From NCBI GenBank assembly GCA_036012755.1, contig DASCPX010000228.1:1-62543 (forward strand): a stretch of 62,543 nucleotides of DNA. Reading direction: 5' to 3'. Below are positions 18,389-28,227 of this stretch, one piece after another. How positions within the stretch are numbered: position 1 is the first letter of the stretch; each line of letters starts with the position of its first letter. The notes under the pieces are model-generated. The model was not told where the DNA came from. It was given only the letters and a program-made list of their open reading frames with translations, and did not search any database. This DNA comes from Myxococcota bacterium. Lineage in GTDB: Bacteria; Myxococcota_A; UBA796; CAJQPC01. A program made the position numbers and the translations under genes.

Positions 18389-20134
18389 GTGCGCTGGCCC
18401 AAAGACGGCAAGCCCCACAAGACCAAGGACGGTCTGTCGGAGACCCAGATGCCCAATTCGATGCAGATGCGTGCGCGCCTCGCGCTGGGGGCGGTCCTCA
18501 TCGGGATCATCCCCACTGCTAGCGTGACCGCCCTGGCGATCGCGCTGTCGGACGGCTCGCTGACCGCCACGCTGGTCGGAGTCACTGTTGCCTGGTGCGC
18601 CGTGCTCACCGCCATCGCCTATGCGGCCAGCGGCCGCATCACGGCCCCACTACGCAAGGTGACCGTCGCGGCGCAGCACATCGCCAACGGCGACCTCGAC
18701 CACTCGATCGAGCACCACGGCGACGACGAGGTCGGGGAGCTCACGGACTCCGTGCGCTCGATCCAGGCCTCTGTCCGGCGCCTCAACGACACCGTCGACG
18801 CCATCGTCGAGCCCATGCGCGAGGCCGGCGAGGTGCTCGAGGCCGTCGCCAGGTACGACCTCCGGGTCAAGGTCGAAGGCGCCTACTCCGGCGACCACGC
18901 CCGGATGAAGGAGGCCGTCAACAGCTCCCAGCAGGCCCTGCACGACGTCATCAGCCAGATGACCATCTCCAGCGAGTTCGTCGCCCACGCGGCCGGAGAG
19001 ATCTCCAGCGGAAGCCAGGCCATCGCCGAGGGCGCAACCGTCCAGGCAGCCTCCCTCGAAGAGACGGCGGCCTCCCTCGAGGAGATCAGCGGCATGACCC
19101 GCCAGAACGCCGACTCCACGATGAAGGCCCGAGCGCTGGCCCTGTCGACCAAGGACACGGCCGAGAGCGGCGAAGAGGCCGTCGCAGAGATGGTCGAAGC
19201 GATGGGCAAGATCCGCGCCTCGGCCTCGAACACCTCTCAGATCCTCAAGGACATCAACCAGATCGCCTTCCAGACGAACCTCCTGGCCCTGAACGCGGCG
19301 GTCGAAGCCGCCCGGGCGGGAGACGCCGGGCGGGGCTTCGCCGTGGTCGCCGAAGAGGTCCGCGCCCTGGCGCTGCGCAGCAAGGAAGCGGCGGAGAAGA
19401 CCGAGCTCCTCGTCAGCGAGAGCGTGGGCCTCGCCCAGGAAGGAGAGCAGCTCTCCAAGCGTGTCAACGAGCAGCTCTCCGACATCACCTCGTCGGTCGG
19501 CGAGGTCGCTGGCATCGTCGCCGAGATCGCCTCGGCTTCGGACGAGCAGGCCCGCGGGATCGAGCAGGTCGCCCGGGCGGTCCACCACATGGACCAGGTC
19601 GTCCAGAACGCCGCCGGGGCCTCTGAGGAGAGCTCCAGCGCCGCCGAGGAGGTGCACGCTCGCGCCGCTGAGATGGCCGATGTCGTCCGGCGTTTCAAGC
19701 TCGACAGCGACAACGTAGTGTCCCTGCCGTCGCGAGCGGCCCGCCGTCCGGTGGCGAGGGAGCCCAAGACCCGCGTGGGTGGGCTGCTCCACTACATGTT
19801 GCCCCTGTCGTCGATCAACCCGGCCCGAGCCCGTGAGGCGCCCGGGACCTTCGCCGACACGGGCGTGCCGATGCTCTTCCGAGAGCTCTTCGCCCTTGGG
19901 GCGGTTCGCACGGACCTCGTCATCAAGATCGCAGGCGGCGCCTCGCTCTGCGGCCACATGGAGATGTTCGCCGTCGGCAAGCGGAACCTGCAGGTATTGA
20001 AGAAGATGTTCGAGCAGAACGGCTACCGCGTCAGCGCCCACGACATCGGAGGCTCGCGGTCCCGCACGCTGCGGCTCGGAGTCGGGGACGGCCGCGTCGT
20101 CGTCTCCTCACCGGGAATGGAGGTGGAGCTGTGA
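18389..20134 (+). pseudogene. Methyl-accepting chemotaxis protein fused in frame to N-truncated CheD (alternative start 18449)
   Basis: Two adjacent TMs with no sensor domain, [24 protein letters not shown]; then from about 19760 a CheD body ([29 protein letters not shown]) without the LGSC catalytic segment. Confidence 0.8.
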
Positions 20135-20628
20135 TCCCCAAGGAACGACTCGCCCGGGACCTCCAGTCCGTCCCGATGCTCTCTCAGGCCGTCGTGAAGC
20201 TGATCCCGCTGGTCATCGGCCACTACCTCCACGAGCACCTCCCAGAGGTCCTCGCCGGACTCCAGGACGGGGACCAGCCCCTGATCGGGATCGAGCGACA
20301 GATCCTGGGCTGCGACCACAGCGAGGTCGGCGCCAGCGTGGCCCGGATGTGGAACCTGCCAGAGGAGCTCGTCGAGGGCATCCGCCACCACCACGACCCG
20401 AGCCAGGCCCCGAGCGGCCCGATGCAGACGATGGCCGACCTCGTGCACGTCGCCGACGCCTTGGCCCACATGTTCGGATTCGGTTGCGATGTCGGTGGCT
20501 TGCGCCGCGCGGTCCAGGAGGACTCGGCTATGCGCCTGGGTCTCTCCGCCGAGCACGTGGACGAGGTGGTCACTACCTCTGTGCCAGACATCGAAGAGCG
20601 CGTCAGCTCTTTCTTCCAGGCCGCCTGA
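20131..20628 (+). pseudogene. HDOD-domain protein with large in-frame internal deletion
   Basis: VPMLSQAVVKL (HDOD start) joined directly to LVI...ERQILGCDHSEVG...WNLPEELVEGIRHHHDP; the central part including HDIGK is missing. Confidence 0.75.
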
Positions 20629-20631
20629 GGC

Positions 20632-21507
20632 TCATGCACCAGAGGACCAGGGCCCTCCTGGCTCCGGGGAGAAGCCCTCGCCGTCGTAGGCGAAGCGCTC
20701 GATGTTCTTGATGTCACCATCCTCGATCGTGTAGATGCAGAAGTGGGCTCGCCGACCGGCATCGGGCAGGTCGGCGTAGCCGCTGGAGCCCGGATTGAAG
20801 ATCGGCACCGGTGGGTCGCTGGGCAGCTCCGTGCGGAAGCCGTGGTGCTCGTGGCCGTGCAGGATGGCGCCGATGCCGGAGGCGTGCCTGCCGAGGACGG
20901 ACTCGAGTTCGCTGGCGTTCTCGATGTTGCGCGTCCAGGGCCCATAGGGCTCACCCCCGCGCCCACGGAGGGGGTAGTGCACCATCAGGAAGACGAAGCC
21001 GGCGTCGAGCTCCCCCAGCATGTCGTCGAGGCGGTCCAGCTGTGGCGGGGGCGCCACCCCGGAGCTCAACAGGGCCATCGCACGGCACACGTCGACGCAG
21101 ACGAACGCGATCTCGCCGATGCGGTGCAGACGGGGCCAGTCCCCCTCGCCGGTCCACTCGCCGAAGCGACGCTCGATCCAGCGCTCTGTCGCCGCGGCGC
21201 CGGTGTAGGTGTCGTGATTCCCGGGAATGAGCACGGTGGGGACGCTGGAGAACAGCGGCGCCAGCAGCGCGTGCGCCTCCTCGAACTCCTCCTCGGTGGC
21301 GAGCGCGGTCAGGTCCCCGGTGCAGGCGATGATGTCCGGCGCCTGGTTCCGCACGTCCTCGACCAGGCGCTGTTGCACTACGCGGCTGAAGTGGCTCTTC
21401 CGCCCCGCGACGTAGAGGTTCGCCGCCCCGAGAAAGCGCTTGTTGAAGCACTCGCCCAAGGAGGGCCGAACGTTGACGTGGATGTCCGTCACATGGGCCA
21501 CTCGCAT
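20632..21507 (-). CDS. Metallophosphoesterase (CpdA/Icc-like)
   Basis: DIH, TGDL, PGNHD, HYP, HGHEH motifs. Confidence 0.9.
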   Translation of the reverse strand: MRVAHVTDIHVNVRPSLGECFNKRFLGAANLYVAGRKSHFSRVVQQRLVEDVRNQAPDIIACTGDLTALATEEEFEEAHALLAPLFSSVPTVLIPGNHDTYTGAAATERWIERRFGEWTGEGDWPRLHRIGEIAFVCVDVCRAMALLSSGVAPPPQLDRLDDMLGELDAGFVFLMVHYPLRGRGGEPYGPWTRNIENASELESVLGRHASGIGAILHGHEHHGFRTELPSDPPVPIFNPGSSGYADLPDAGRRAHFCIYTIEDGDIKNIERFAYDGEGFSPEPGGPWSSGA

Positions 21508-21534
21508 GCCCCTACATCACGTTAGACCTTCGGC

Positions 21535-22176
21535 GTGTCCAGCGGCTCTCCAAAAGCGATCCTAGATGAAGCCGCCCGCCGCCGAACGGCATGCCAGCTG
21601 CGCGCACGTCAGGGCGCCTGGTGCGCCGGCTCGTTCGTGCGCGTCGAGAGCGTCGGCGTGGTCCTGGTCTGCCCCGACCACGGCTGCTCCAGCGGCGAGG
21701 ACCTGCGCGTCTGGTTCCGGCACGAGGCGCACACCTACACCTTCGACGCCAGCATCCTGCGCACCGGCGTCCCAGTTCCAGACCGCAGCGGTCACGGGCT
21801 GCTCCTGGGCTTCATCGACGGCTTCTCGGAGGAAGCGCCAACGACCGCCGGCGAGCTCTCCCTGGAGGTCCTTCCGCCCCAGGGCCGTGGGGTCGATCTG
21901 CTCGGTGGCGACGCGCACATCGTCGAGATCTCGGTCGACGAGCTGAGCTTCGTCGTCGACGAAGGGGTCGCGCTCAAGTTCGTCGCCGGCGGAAGGGTCC
22001 GTCTGCGCTTCACGGGGGCGGGCGAGCCGGTCATGGCGACCGCCCGGGTGGACACCCTCAGCCGAGGGGACCACCACTACCTCTACGGCCTCTCCTACCA
22101 GGAGGTGGACTCGCAAGAGGAGCACGTCCGCGTGGTGGACGCCTTCAGGTCCGCGCTTCAGCGAACCGCGGAGTAG
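21535..22176 (+). CDS. PilZ/YcgR-like beta-barrel protein
   Basis: Two beta-rich domains; IVEISVDELSF and YGLSY resemble PilZ motifs, but the RxxxR motif is not evident. Confidence 0.45.
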   Translation: MSSGSPKAILDEAARRRTACQLRARQGAWCAGSFVRVESVGVVLVCPDHGCSSGEDLRVWFRHEAHTYTFDASILRTGVPVPDRSGHGLLLGFIDGFSEEAPTTAGELSLEVLPPQGRGVDLLGGDAHIVEISVDELSFVVDEGVALKFVAGGRVRLRFTGAGEPVMATARVDTLSRGDHHYLYGLSYQEVDSQEEHVRVVDAFRSALQRTAE

Positions 22177-22838
22177 TAGCGGTCCAGGCGCTCGGCCGAC
22201 ACACCAGCCGCGTAGAGGGAAGGGAACAGGTACCAGGCAAACAACGTCCGCAGCGGGTTCGCGAGGAAGCGCCGACCGGAGACCCGCACCTCCGACCGCA
22301 GCGTGCGGATGCGGCCGCGTCTCTTCAGCCGCCGGGCCAGCTCGATGTCCTCCATCAGGGGCTGGTCCGGATAGCCGCCGACCGCCTCGAAGACCGAGCG
22401 GCGCACGAACAGCGCCTGATCTCCGTAAGGTAGTGATCTAGTTCGACTTCTCAGGTTGGCGAAGGGCAACAGCGGCGCCAGGCGGCTGCCGTCTTCGTCT
22501 ATGGTTCGGACTCGGAAGGCCCCGGCGACGACCTCTGGATCCTGGAAGGCGAGTCGAATCCAGCCCGGCGCATCCCCCGGAAGCGAGACGTCCGCGTGCT
22601 GGAAGAGCAGCACCTCTCCCCGAGCCGCCGCGGCACCTGCGTTGAGCTGGGGGCCCCTCCCACGCCGCCCCTCGATCACCCGAACACCGTGCCGCAGGGC
22701 GCGCTCGACCGTGCGGTCGGTGCTGCCGCCGTCGACGACCAGGACCTCTTCGAGCTCCGGCATGCGAGCGAGCTCCTCGAGACGCTCGCCGATGCGACGC
22801 TCCTCGTTCAGCGTCGGAATGACGACCGAGATCCTCAC
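22158..22838 (-). CDS. GT2 glycosyltransferase (TIGR04283-like)
   Basis: ISVVIPTLNEE, VVDGGSTD, GRGPQLNAGA, LFQHAD, LPYGDQALF, LMED; GTGA overlap. Confidence 0.9.
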   Translation of the reverse strand: MRISVVIPTLNEERRIGERLEELARMPELEEVLVVDGGSTDRTVERALRHGVRVIEGRRGRGPQLNAGAAAARGEVLLFQHADVSLPGDAPGWIRLAFQDPEVVAGAFRVRTIDEDGSRLAPLLPFANLRSRTRSLPYGDQALFVRRSVFEAVGGYPDQPLMEDIELARRLKRRGRIRTLRSEVRVSGRRFLANPLRTLFAWYLFPSLYAAGVSAERLDRYYSAVR

Positions 22839-23908
22839 GATGGCCGGTCGATGACCTCGCGCCAGAGGTCCTCGGCGCGGGACGCCGCGCGGTTGACCCC
22901 CCCGACGAACCACTGCCAGCGCCCGGACCGATCCACTGGGGCCTCGCTGGTCCCCAGCCGGATCGGATGCTCTTCCCCCTCGACGAAGCGGCCGCCGAGG
23001 AACTGGAACACCTCGAGCAAGGCGCGAGAGGCGTCGTGCTCCCCCCGGTGCGCACCGAGGGCTCGGCCGAGGCCCATCGCGACGGCATCGGCAGCGGCGG
23101 TAGGAAGCGGCAACATCCCCTGAGCCGGCAGCAGTGCGACGTGAGAGGCCAGCTCGGCGAGGCCACCCACGAGGTCCATGTTGCGTCCTCCGTCACCCGC
23201 CCCCAGCGCCACCATGCCCTCCAGCCAGTCCTCGACCCTGTCGCGCCCTCGGACGGTGGTCCTGGCGAGGAGGCTCTCGAGCGCACCGGACCGGTAGCGC
23301 TCCACGACGACCTCGCCCGGAACATCCTGTGGCAACGGATCCGGAAACTCGCTCGCCTCCGACGCCAGCCAGCCGTGGACGGGCATGCCGGCGTCACCGG
23401 TGATGGTCCGGCCCGCCCTCAGCGTCAGGGCCAGGCGATCGAGCGGAGGCGCCGGGGCGGCGAACAACAGGTCGAGCAGCGCCGGCTCGGCCGGAATGCC
23501 GAGGAGCGCGAGGAAACGGCGAAGCTGCTTGCCGAGCTTCCGAGCGCGGGGCCGAGAGTCCCGGCAGAGGCGCACGAAGGCGGCGGTCGCCGGATGTGAG
23601 CCCACCCCCGTGGTGTCGAGTTCGAACCAGGGCCCGAGACCGTCCTTGGCGAGGGAGACCAACAGCGGCTCACCGGGGGCCCCGGGCACGACGACGAGCG
23701 GCCCCTGCCCGAGATCGCGTCCGACACCGCAGCTGGCCAGCACCGTCGAGTGCAACAGGGCCGGTCCAAGGATGGGCGTGATGGCGTCCGGGTCGCCTTC
23801 GATGCGCACTCGAAGATGGACCAGCCCGAAGCTGCGAGCCCGTGACAACAGCAGGATGCCAGCGGTGAGCGCGGAGGGGCTGTCTCCGTGGAGCACGACG
23901 TCCATCAT
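22835..23908 (-). CDS. Hypothetical protein (degenerate Rossmann-like N-terminus)
   Basis: ATGA overlap with the upstream gene; MMDVVLHGDSPSALTAGILL. Confidence 0.65.
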   Translation of the reverse strand: MMDVVLHGDSPSALTAGILLLSRARSFGLVHLRVRIEGDPDAITPILGPALLHSTVLASCGVGRDLGQGPLVVVPGAPGEPLLVSLAKDGLGPWFELDTTGVGSHPATAAFVRLCRDSRPRARKLGKQLRRFLALLGIPAEPALLDLLFAAPAPPLDRLALTLRAGRTITGDAGMPVHGWLASEASEFPDPLPQDVPGEVVVERYRSGALESLLARTTVRGRDRVEDWLEGMVALGAGDGGRNMDLVGGLAELASHVALLPAQGMLPLPTAAADAVAMGLGRALGAHRGEHDASRALLEVFQFLGGRFVEGEEHPIRLGTSEAPVDRSGRWQWFVGGVNRAASRAEDLWREVIDRPS

Positions 23909-24762
23909 CCCCGCCCCTCCTCCGCCGACTCGACGGTGAACACGCGTGTCATGTTGAGCGGCCACAAGAGCCAGGTGAAGGTCGCGACGAAGGTCACGCC
24001 GACGACATCCCCACCCCACGGGGACAAGCCCACGAGCAACAACACCATGATGCAGGTGTAGACGAGGCCCGCCAGGCTCACCCTGCTCGGAGCCAGCAGG
24101 CCGTCGGCCAGCATCCCAGCGCCCTCGTGGCGGCTGTTCTTGCGCCAGACGTGGAAGGCCTGGGCCCGGTAGAAGGCCTGGGCACCACCGACACCAAAGG
24201 CGACAGCTGCTGCGGCCAGCACGAAAGCGACCGGGCGGAACATGAGCTCCGGGCCCTTGAAGATGAGGTAGGCCCACACCGAGAGCTCACCGAGGATGAG
24301 CGCCCAGGCGGCGCCAGACCAGGCCGCCCAGGCCCATCGACTGGGCCGCGAAGGCACCTTCGCGGCCTCCGTCTTGCCGTGGAAGCGCTCGTGGCCACGA
24401 GTATACTCGACCTCTTCGGCCCAGAACGGAATCACGTGCCATAATGGCAACTTGGACCCCTCCGGCACCCAAGGAGTGAGCTCCGAGGAGCGCCCCCACC
24501 GGTGACCGGGCCGACCGGCGACCGCCCTGCCCTTCAGGTGGACGCTGTAGGTTCGTTCGGCGTCTGCTGCCCGGATCTCCGCGCGGTTGTCGCCGAGCAG
24601 AGCGATCTCCGCTTGGTGACCCGGCCGTACGAAGAGGAAGATCGTCTCTTCGAAGGGGGCGACGTGGCAGCGGATGCCGACGCCGCCGAGCACAGCGTTG
24701 AGCTCCCCGTGCGTCGAGAGCACGCGAAGGACCTCGCTGGGGACCAGCTCGTGCTTTGCCAT
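23905..24762 (-). CDS. Hypothetical membrane protein (soluble N-domain plus about 4 TM helices)
   Basis: Coupled to the ileS stop; hydrophobic C-terminal half. Confidence 0.7.
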   Translation of the reverse strand: MAKHELVPSEVLRVLSTHGELNAVLGGVGIRCHVAPFEETIFLFVRPGHQAEIALLGDNRAEIRAADAERTYSVHLKGRAVAGRPGHRWGRSSELTPWVPEGSKLPLWHVIPFWAEEVEYTRGHERFHGKTEAAKVPSRPSRWAWAAWSGAAWALILGELSVWAYLIFKGPELMFRPVAFVLAAAAVAFGVGGAQAFYRAQAFHVWRKNSRHEGAGMLADGLLAPSRVSLAGLVYTCIMVLLLVGLSPWGGDVVGVTFVATFTWLLWPLNMTRVFTVESAEEGRG

Positions 24763-27700
24763 CAGGCCTTTTCGACGCCTAGGATCAGCTCTAGCCCGTC
24801 AACATCCAGATCATTGAGATCGTTGGATGAATCCAACCACTCGACCACTAGGGTCTCTGCGGCGACGTGGTCCCGGAAGCGATCGACGGCCTCGACCAGG
24901 GAGGGGTCTCCTCCGACGTGCAGGCGGATTCGATCGGTGTAGCCGAAGCGATTCTGCTTGCGGAGCCCCTGGATGCGACTGATGACCTCGCGGGCGAGGC
25001 CCTCCTGTCGCAGGTCGTCGTCGAGCTCGGCGTGAAGGACGGTGACGGCTGCGGCGCTGCCAGCCGCCTGGAAGCCCTCCTTCGGCTCGACCTCCACGAC
25101 GACCTCAGCGGGGCCGAGGACCACGGCGCCACCTGGTAGCTCGAGGTCGAGCCCGCCCGAGAGGACCCGCCTTCGGACCTCTCCCCCGGGCATCTGGCTC
25201 AGGGCAGCTGCGCAGGCCTTCATGTCCTTTCCGAGGCGCTTCCCGAGGGCCTTGTAGTTGGGCTTGACGCGGAAGCTCACGAAGCGCTCGGCGTCCTGGG
25301 TGAAGTGGATCTCACGGACATTGAGCTCCTCGCAGAGCAACGGCAACAGCGGCTCCAGCGCCTCCGCGCGATCCGGGTCGGCCAGGACGACCTCCAGCGC
25401 TCGGAGCGGCTGGCGAACCCGGACGCCGACCTTCTTCCTCGCGGCGAGGCCGAGGCTCGCCAGATCCCGCACCAGCGACATCGCGGAATCCAGCTCGCTG
25501 TCCTCGCGAGCCGGATCCTGCGTGGGGTAGTCACAGAGGTGGACGCTGATGGGATCATGATCCGAGCGCAGGTCCCGGTAGAGCGCTTCTGCCATGAACG
25601 GCACGAACGGCGCGACGAGCCGCGACGTCTCCTCGAGGACCTCGTAGAGCGTCCAGAGGGCGGCGAGCTGCTCCGCCCCGTCGCCCCAGAAGCGCCGGCG
25701 GGAGCGCCGCACGTACCAGTTGGACAGGCTCTCCACGAAGGTCTGGATGGTCCGCGCTGCTTCGTAGAGCCGGTAGTCGTCCATCAGGCGTGTGACCGCG
25801 CCGACCGTCGAGTCCAGCTCGGCGTGGACCCACCGGTCCAGCCGATCCCGCTCTGAGAGCGGCGGTGGCGTCTCCGTCGCCGGATCGAAGCCCGCGATGT
25901 TCGCGTAGATGGCGAAGAAGGAGTGCACGTTCTTCAGGCGCATCAAGAACTCGCGCTGGCCCTCTCGGATGTTCTTGAGAGACAGCCGCGTGTTGGACTG
26001 GGGCGGGGAGTTCGCGTAGAAGAGCCAGCGGAAGGCGTCTGCCCCCGGAGCCTGGAACGGGGCCTCGAGCTCGATTCGGCCGTTCGGCGCCAAGGTGGCC
26101 ATATCGTTCGGGTTCAGATGGACCGTGTCCTTCACCTTCACGTCGGCTTCGACGAGCCGGAGCCGGATCTCACCGCAGCCGAAGGTGTCCTGCGGCCCGA
26201 GGCCGATCGACCTGAGCTGAGCGGCCATGAAGCCCACGGCGCCGGCCGGGACCGCAGGGTCGGCCTCCACGCGCAGGCTCAGCCGACCCTTGATGACGAG
26301 GTCCGGGCTCGTGTAGTTGCCCTTCGACTTCGACTCCTTCCTTCCGTCCATGTCGCAGACGTGGCCGAGCACGATGCAGGTCTTGTAGGGCCTCGGGAAG
26401 CCGACGGGCTCCAACCCCAGCTCGGCGCAGGTGTCGTCGTCGAAGAGCAGCGTCGAGATCATCAGCAGGCTGTAGAACCAGCCGCGGGTCTGATCGACCG
26501 CCTCGCTGATGAAGTCGGCTGGGAAGCGGGCCGCCAGGGCCTCGCGGCTGCCTTCGCGGTGGGGGAAGCCCCACTGGGCGAAGGGCATGGAGCCGCTGTC
26601 GAACCAGCAGTCGATGACCTCTGGGACGCGCACCATCGTTCCGCCGCAGGCACAGGGCAACTCGACGCGATCGATCCAGGGACGGTGGACCTGGAGGTGC
26701 TCGTCGACGTCCGGGTCGAAGACATCGTCGCCAGCTGCAGCCTTGATCTCGGCGACGCTGGCCGGAGCCCGCCGGGCCTCGCAGTCCGGACACTCCCAGA
26801 TGTTGAGCGGGGTCCCCCAGAAGCGCTCCCGGGACAGGGCCCAGTCCACGTTGTTTCGCAGGAAGTCGCCCATCCGTCCCTCGCGGATGTGGTCGGGCAG
26901 CCAGTTGATCGACTGGTTGTTGGCCAGTGCCTCTGCGTTGAGCGCAGTGGTCTTCACGAACCAGGCCGGGCGGGCGTACTGGATGAGCGGGTCGTCGTCC
27001 GCGCGCCAGCAGAAGGGGTACTCGTGGCGGACCGTCGAGCGCGCGAAGAGGACGCCGCGAGCCTTGAGATCCTGGATGATGGGCTTGTCGGCGTCCTTGC
27101 AGAAGAGCCCCTCCAGGAAGCCCGTGCCCTCGACGAAGCAGCCGTTGGGGGCCACCAGCTGCAGCATGCCGACGCCGTGCTTCTGGGCGGAGGCGAAGTC
27201 ATCCTCGCCGAAGGCGGGAGCGGTGTGGACCAGCCCCGTTCCAGCCTCGAGCGTGACGTGATCCCCCGGGATGACTCGCCAGCCGTCACCGCCTTCTGGC
27301 TCCGCGAAGCGGTAGAGAGGCTCGTAGCGCAGCCCGACGAGCTCGCTGCCCGATAGGGTCTTGTCGACCTCGCCCGGGACCTGGTCACGCAGGGCCTCGG
27401 CGACGACCAGTCGCTTTCCGGACTCGTGCCGGACGATGACGTAGTCGAGCTTGGGGTTCACCGCGATGGCGGTGTTGTTCGGCAGCGTCCACGGGGTCGT
27501 GGTCCACGCCAACAGGGAGAGGTTCTCCTCGCCGATGACAGCGAACTCGACGGTGACGCTGGGGTCGTCGACGGTCTTGTAGCCGAGCCCGACCTCCGCG
27601 GCCGAGAGCGTCGTGCCACCCTGAGGCCACCACCACACGACCTTGTGGCCCTTGTAGAGCAAGCCCTTGTCGAAGAGTCGCGAGAGCGCCCACCAGACGG

Positions 27701-28163
27701 ACTCCACGTAGGAGCGGTGGTAGGTCACATACGCCGTCGACGTGTCGATCCAGAAGCCGAGCCGATCGGTGAGGTCCTCCCACACCTCTGTGTAGGTGAA
27801 GACGCTGTCGATGCACTTGTTGTTGAAGCCCTCGATTCCATAGGCCTCGATGGCCTCGCGTCCGTGGATGCCAAGGGACTTCTCGACCTCGACCTCGACC
27901 GGCAGGCCGTGGGTGTCCCAGCCCGCCATGCGGTGGACGTAGTAGCCCTGCATCGTGCGGTAGCGCGGAAAGAGGTCCTTGATCACGCGGGTGAGCACGT
28001 GGCCGTTGTGGGGAGAGCCGTTGGCGGTCGGTGGCCCCTCGTAGAAGACGTACTCACCCTTGGGCGCCGGCTTCTGCAGGCTCTTCTGAAAGACGTCCTC
28101 GCGCTTCCAGAAAGCGAGCACCTCGGCCTCCAGCTCGACTGGGGACTTGAGCTCCAAGAACAT
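24762..28163 (-). CDS. ileS: Isoleucine--tRNA ligase (type 2)
   Basis: FYEGPPTANG.PHNGH, GWDTHGLPVE, WTTTPWTLP, GTGLVHTAP, DWALSRERFWGTP, DQTRGWFY, KESKS, SNWYVRRSRRRFW. Confidence 0.97.
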   Translation of the reverse strand: MFLELKSPVELEAEVLAFWKREDVFQKSLQKPAPKGEYVFYEGPPTANGSPHNGHVLTRVIKDLFPRYRTMQGYYVHRMAGWDTHGLPVEVEVEKSLGIHGREAIEAYGIEGFNNKCIDSVFTYTEVWEDLTDRLGFWIDTSTAYVTYHRSYVESVWWALSRLFDKGLLYKGHKVVWWWPQGGTTLSAAEVGLGYKTVDDPSVTVEFAVIGEENLSLLAWTTTPWTLPNNTAIAVNPKLDYVIVRHESGKRLVVAEALRDQVPGEVDKTLSGSELVGLRYEPLYRFAEPEGGDGWRVIPGDHVTLEAGTGLVHTAPAFGEDDFASAQKHGVGMLQLVAPNGCFVEGTGFLEGLFCKDADKPIIQDLKARGVLFARSTVRHEYPFCWRADDDPLIQYARPAWFVKTTALNAEALANNQSINWLPDHIREGRMGDFLRNNVDWALSRERFWGTPLNIWECPDCEARRAPASVAEIKAAAGDDVFDPDVDEHLQVHRPWIDRVELPCACGGTMVRVPEVIDCWFDSGSMPFAQWGFPHREGSREALAARFPADFISEAVDQTRGWFYSLLMISTLLFDDDTCAELGLEPVGFPRPYKTCIVLGHVCDMDGRKESKSKGNYTSPDLVIKGRLSLRVEADPAVPAGAVGFMAAQLRSIGLGPQDTFGCGEIRLRLVEADVKVKDTVHLNPNDMATLAPNGRIELEAPFQAPGADAFRWLFYANSPPQSNTRLSLKNIREGQREFLMRLKNVHSFFAIYANIAGFDPATETPPPLSERDRLDRWVHAELDSTVGAVTRLMDDYRLYEAARTIQTFVESLSNWYVRRSRRRFWGDGAEQLAALWTLYEVLEETSRLVAPFVPFMAEALYRDLRSDHDPISVHLCDYPTQDPAREDSELDSAMSLVRDLASLGLAARKKVGVRVRQPLRALEVVLADPDRAEALEPLLPLLCEELNVREIHFTQDAERFVSFRVKPNYKALGKRLGKDMKACAAALSQMPGGEVRRRVLSGGLDLELPGGAVVLGPAEVVVEVEPKEGFQAAGSAAAVTVLHAELDDDLRQEGLAREVISRIQGLRKQNRFGYTDRIRLHVGGDPSLVEAVDRFRDHVAAETLVVEWLDSSNDLNDLDVDGLELILGVEKA

Positions 28164-28227
28164 GCTGCCTCGCAGGGATTCGACCGGGTGCATCTAAGCC
28201 CCATCAGGACAGGGCACAATGCCAGCG

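Noticed and set aside
22158..22838. Arsenosugar biosynthesis cluster around the TIGR04283-like glycosyltransferase
   Set aside because: No radical SAM, arsenite methyltransferase or partner glycosyltransferase gene is adjacent.
26047..26290. Intein in ileS
   Set aside because: Too short and lacks the N-terminal Cys/Ser and C-terminal His-Asn splice motifs.
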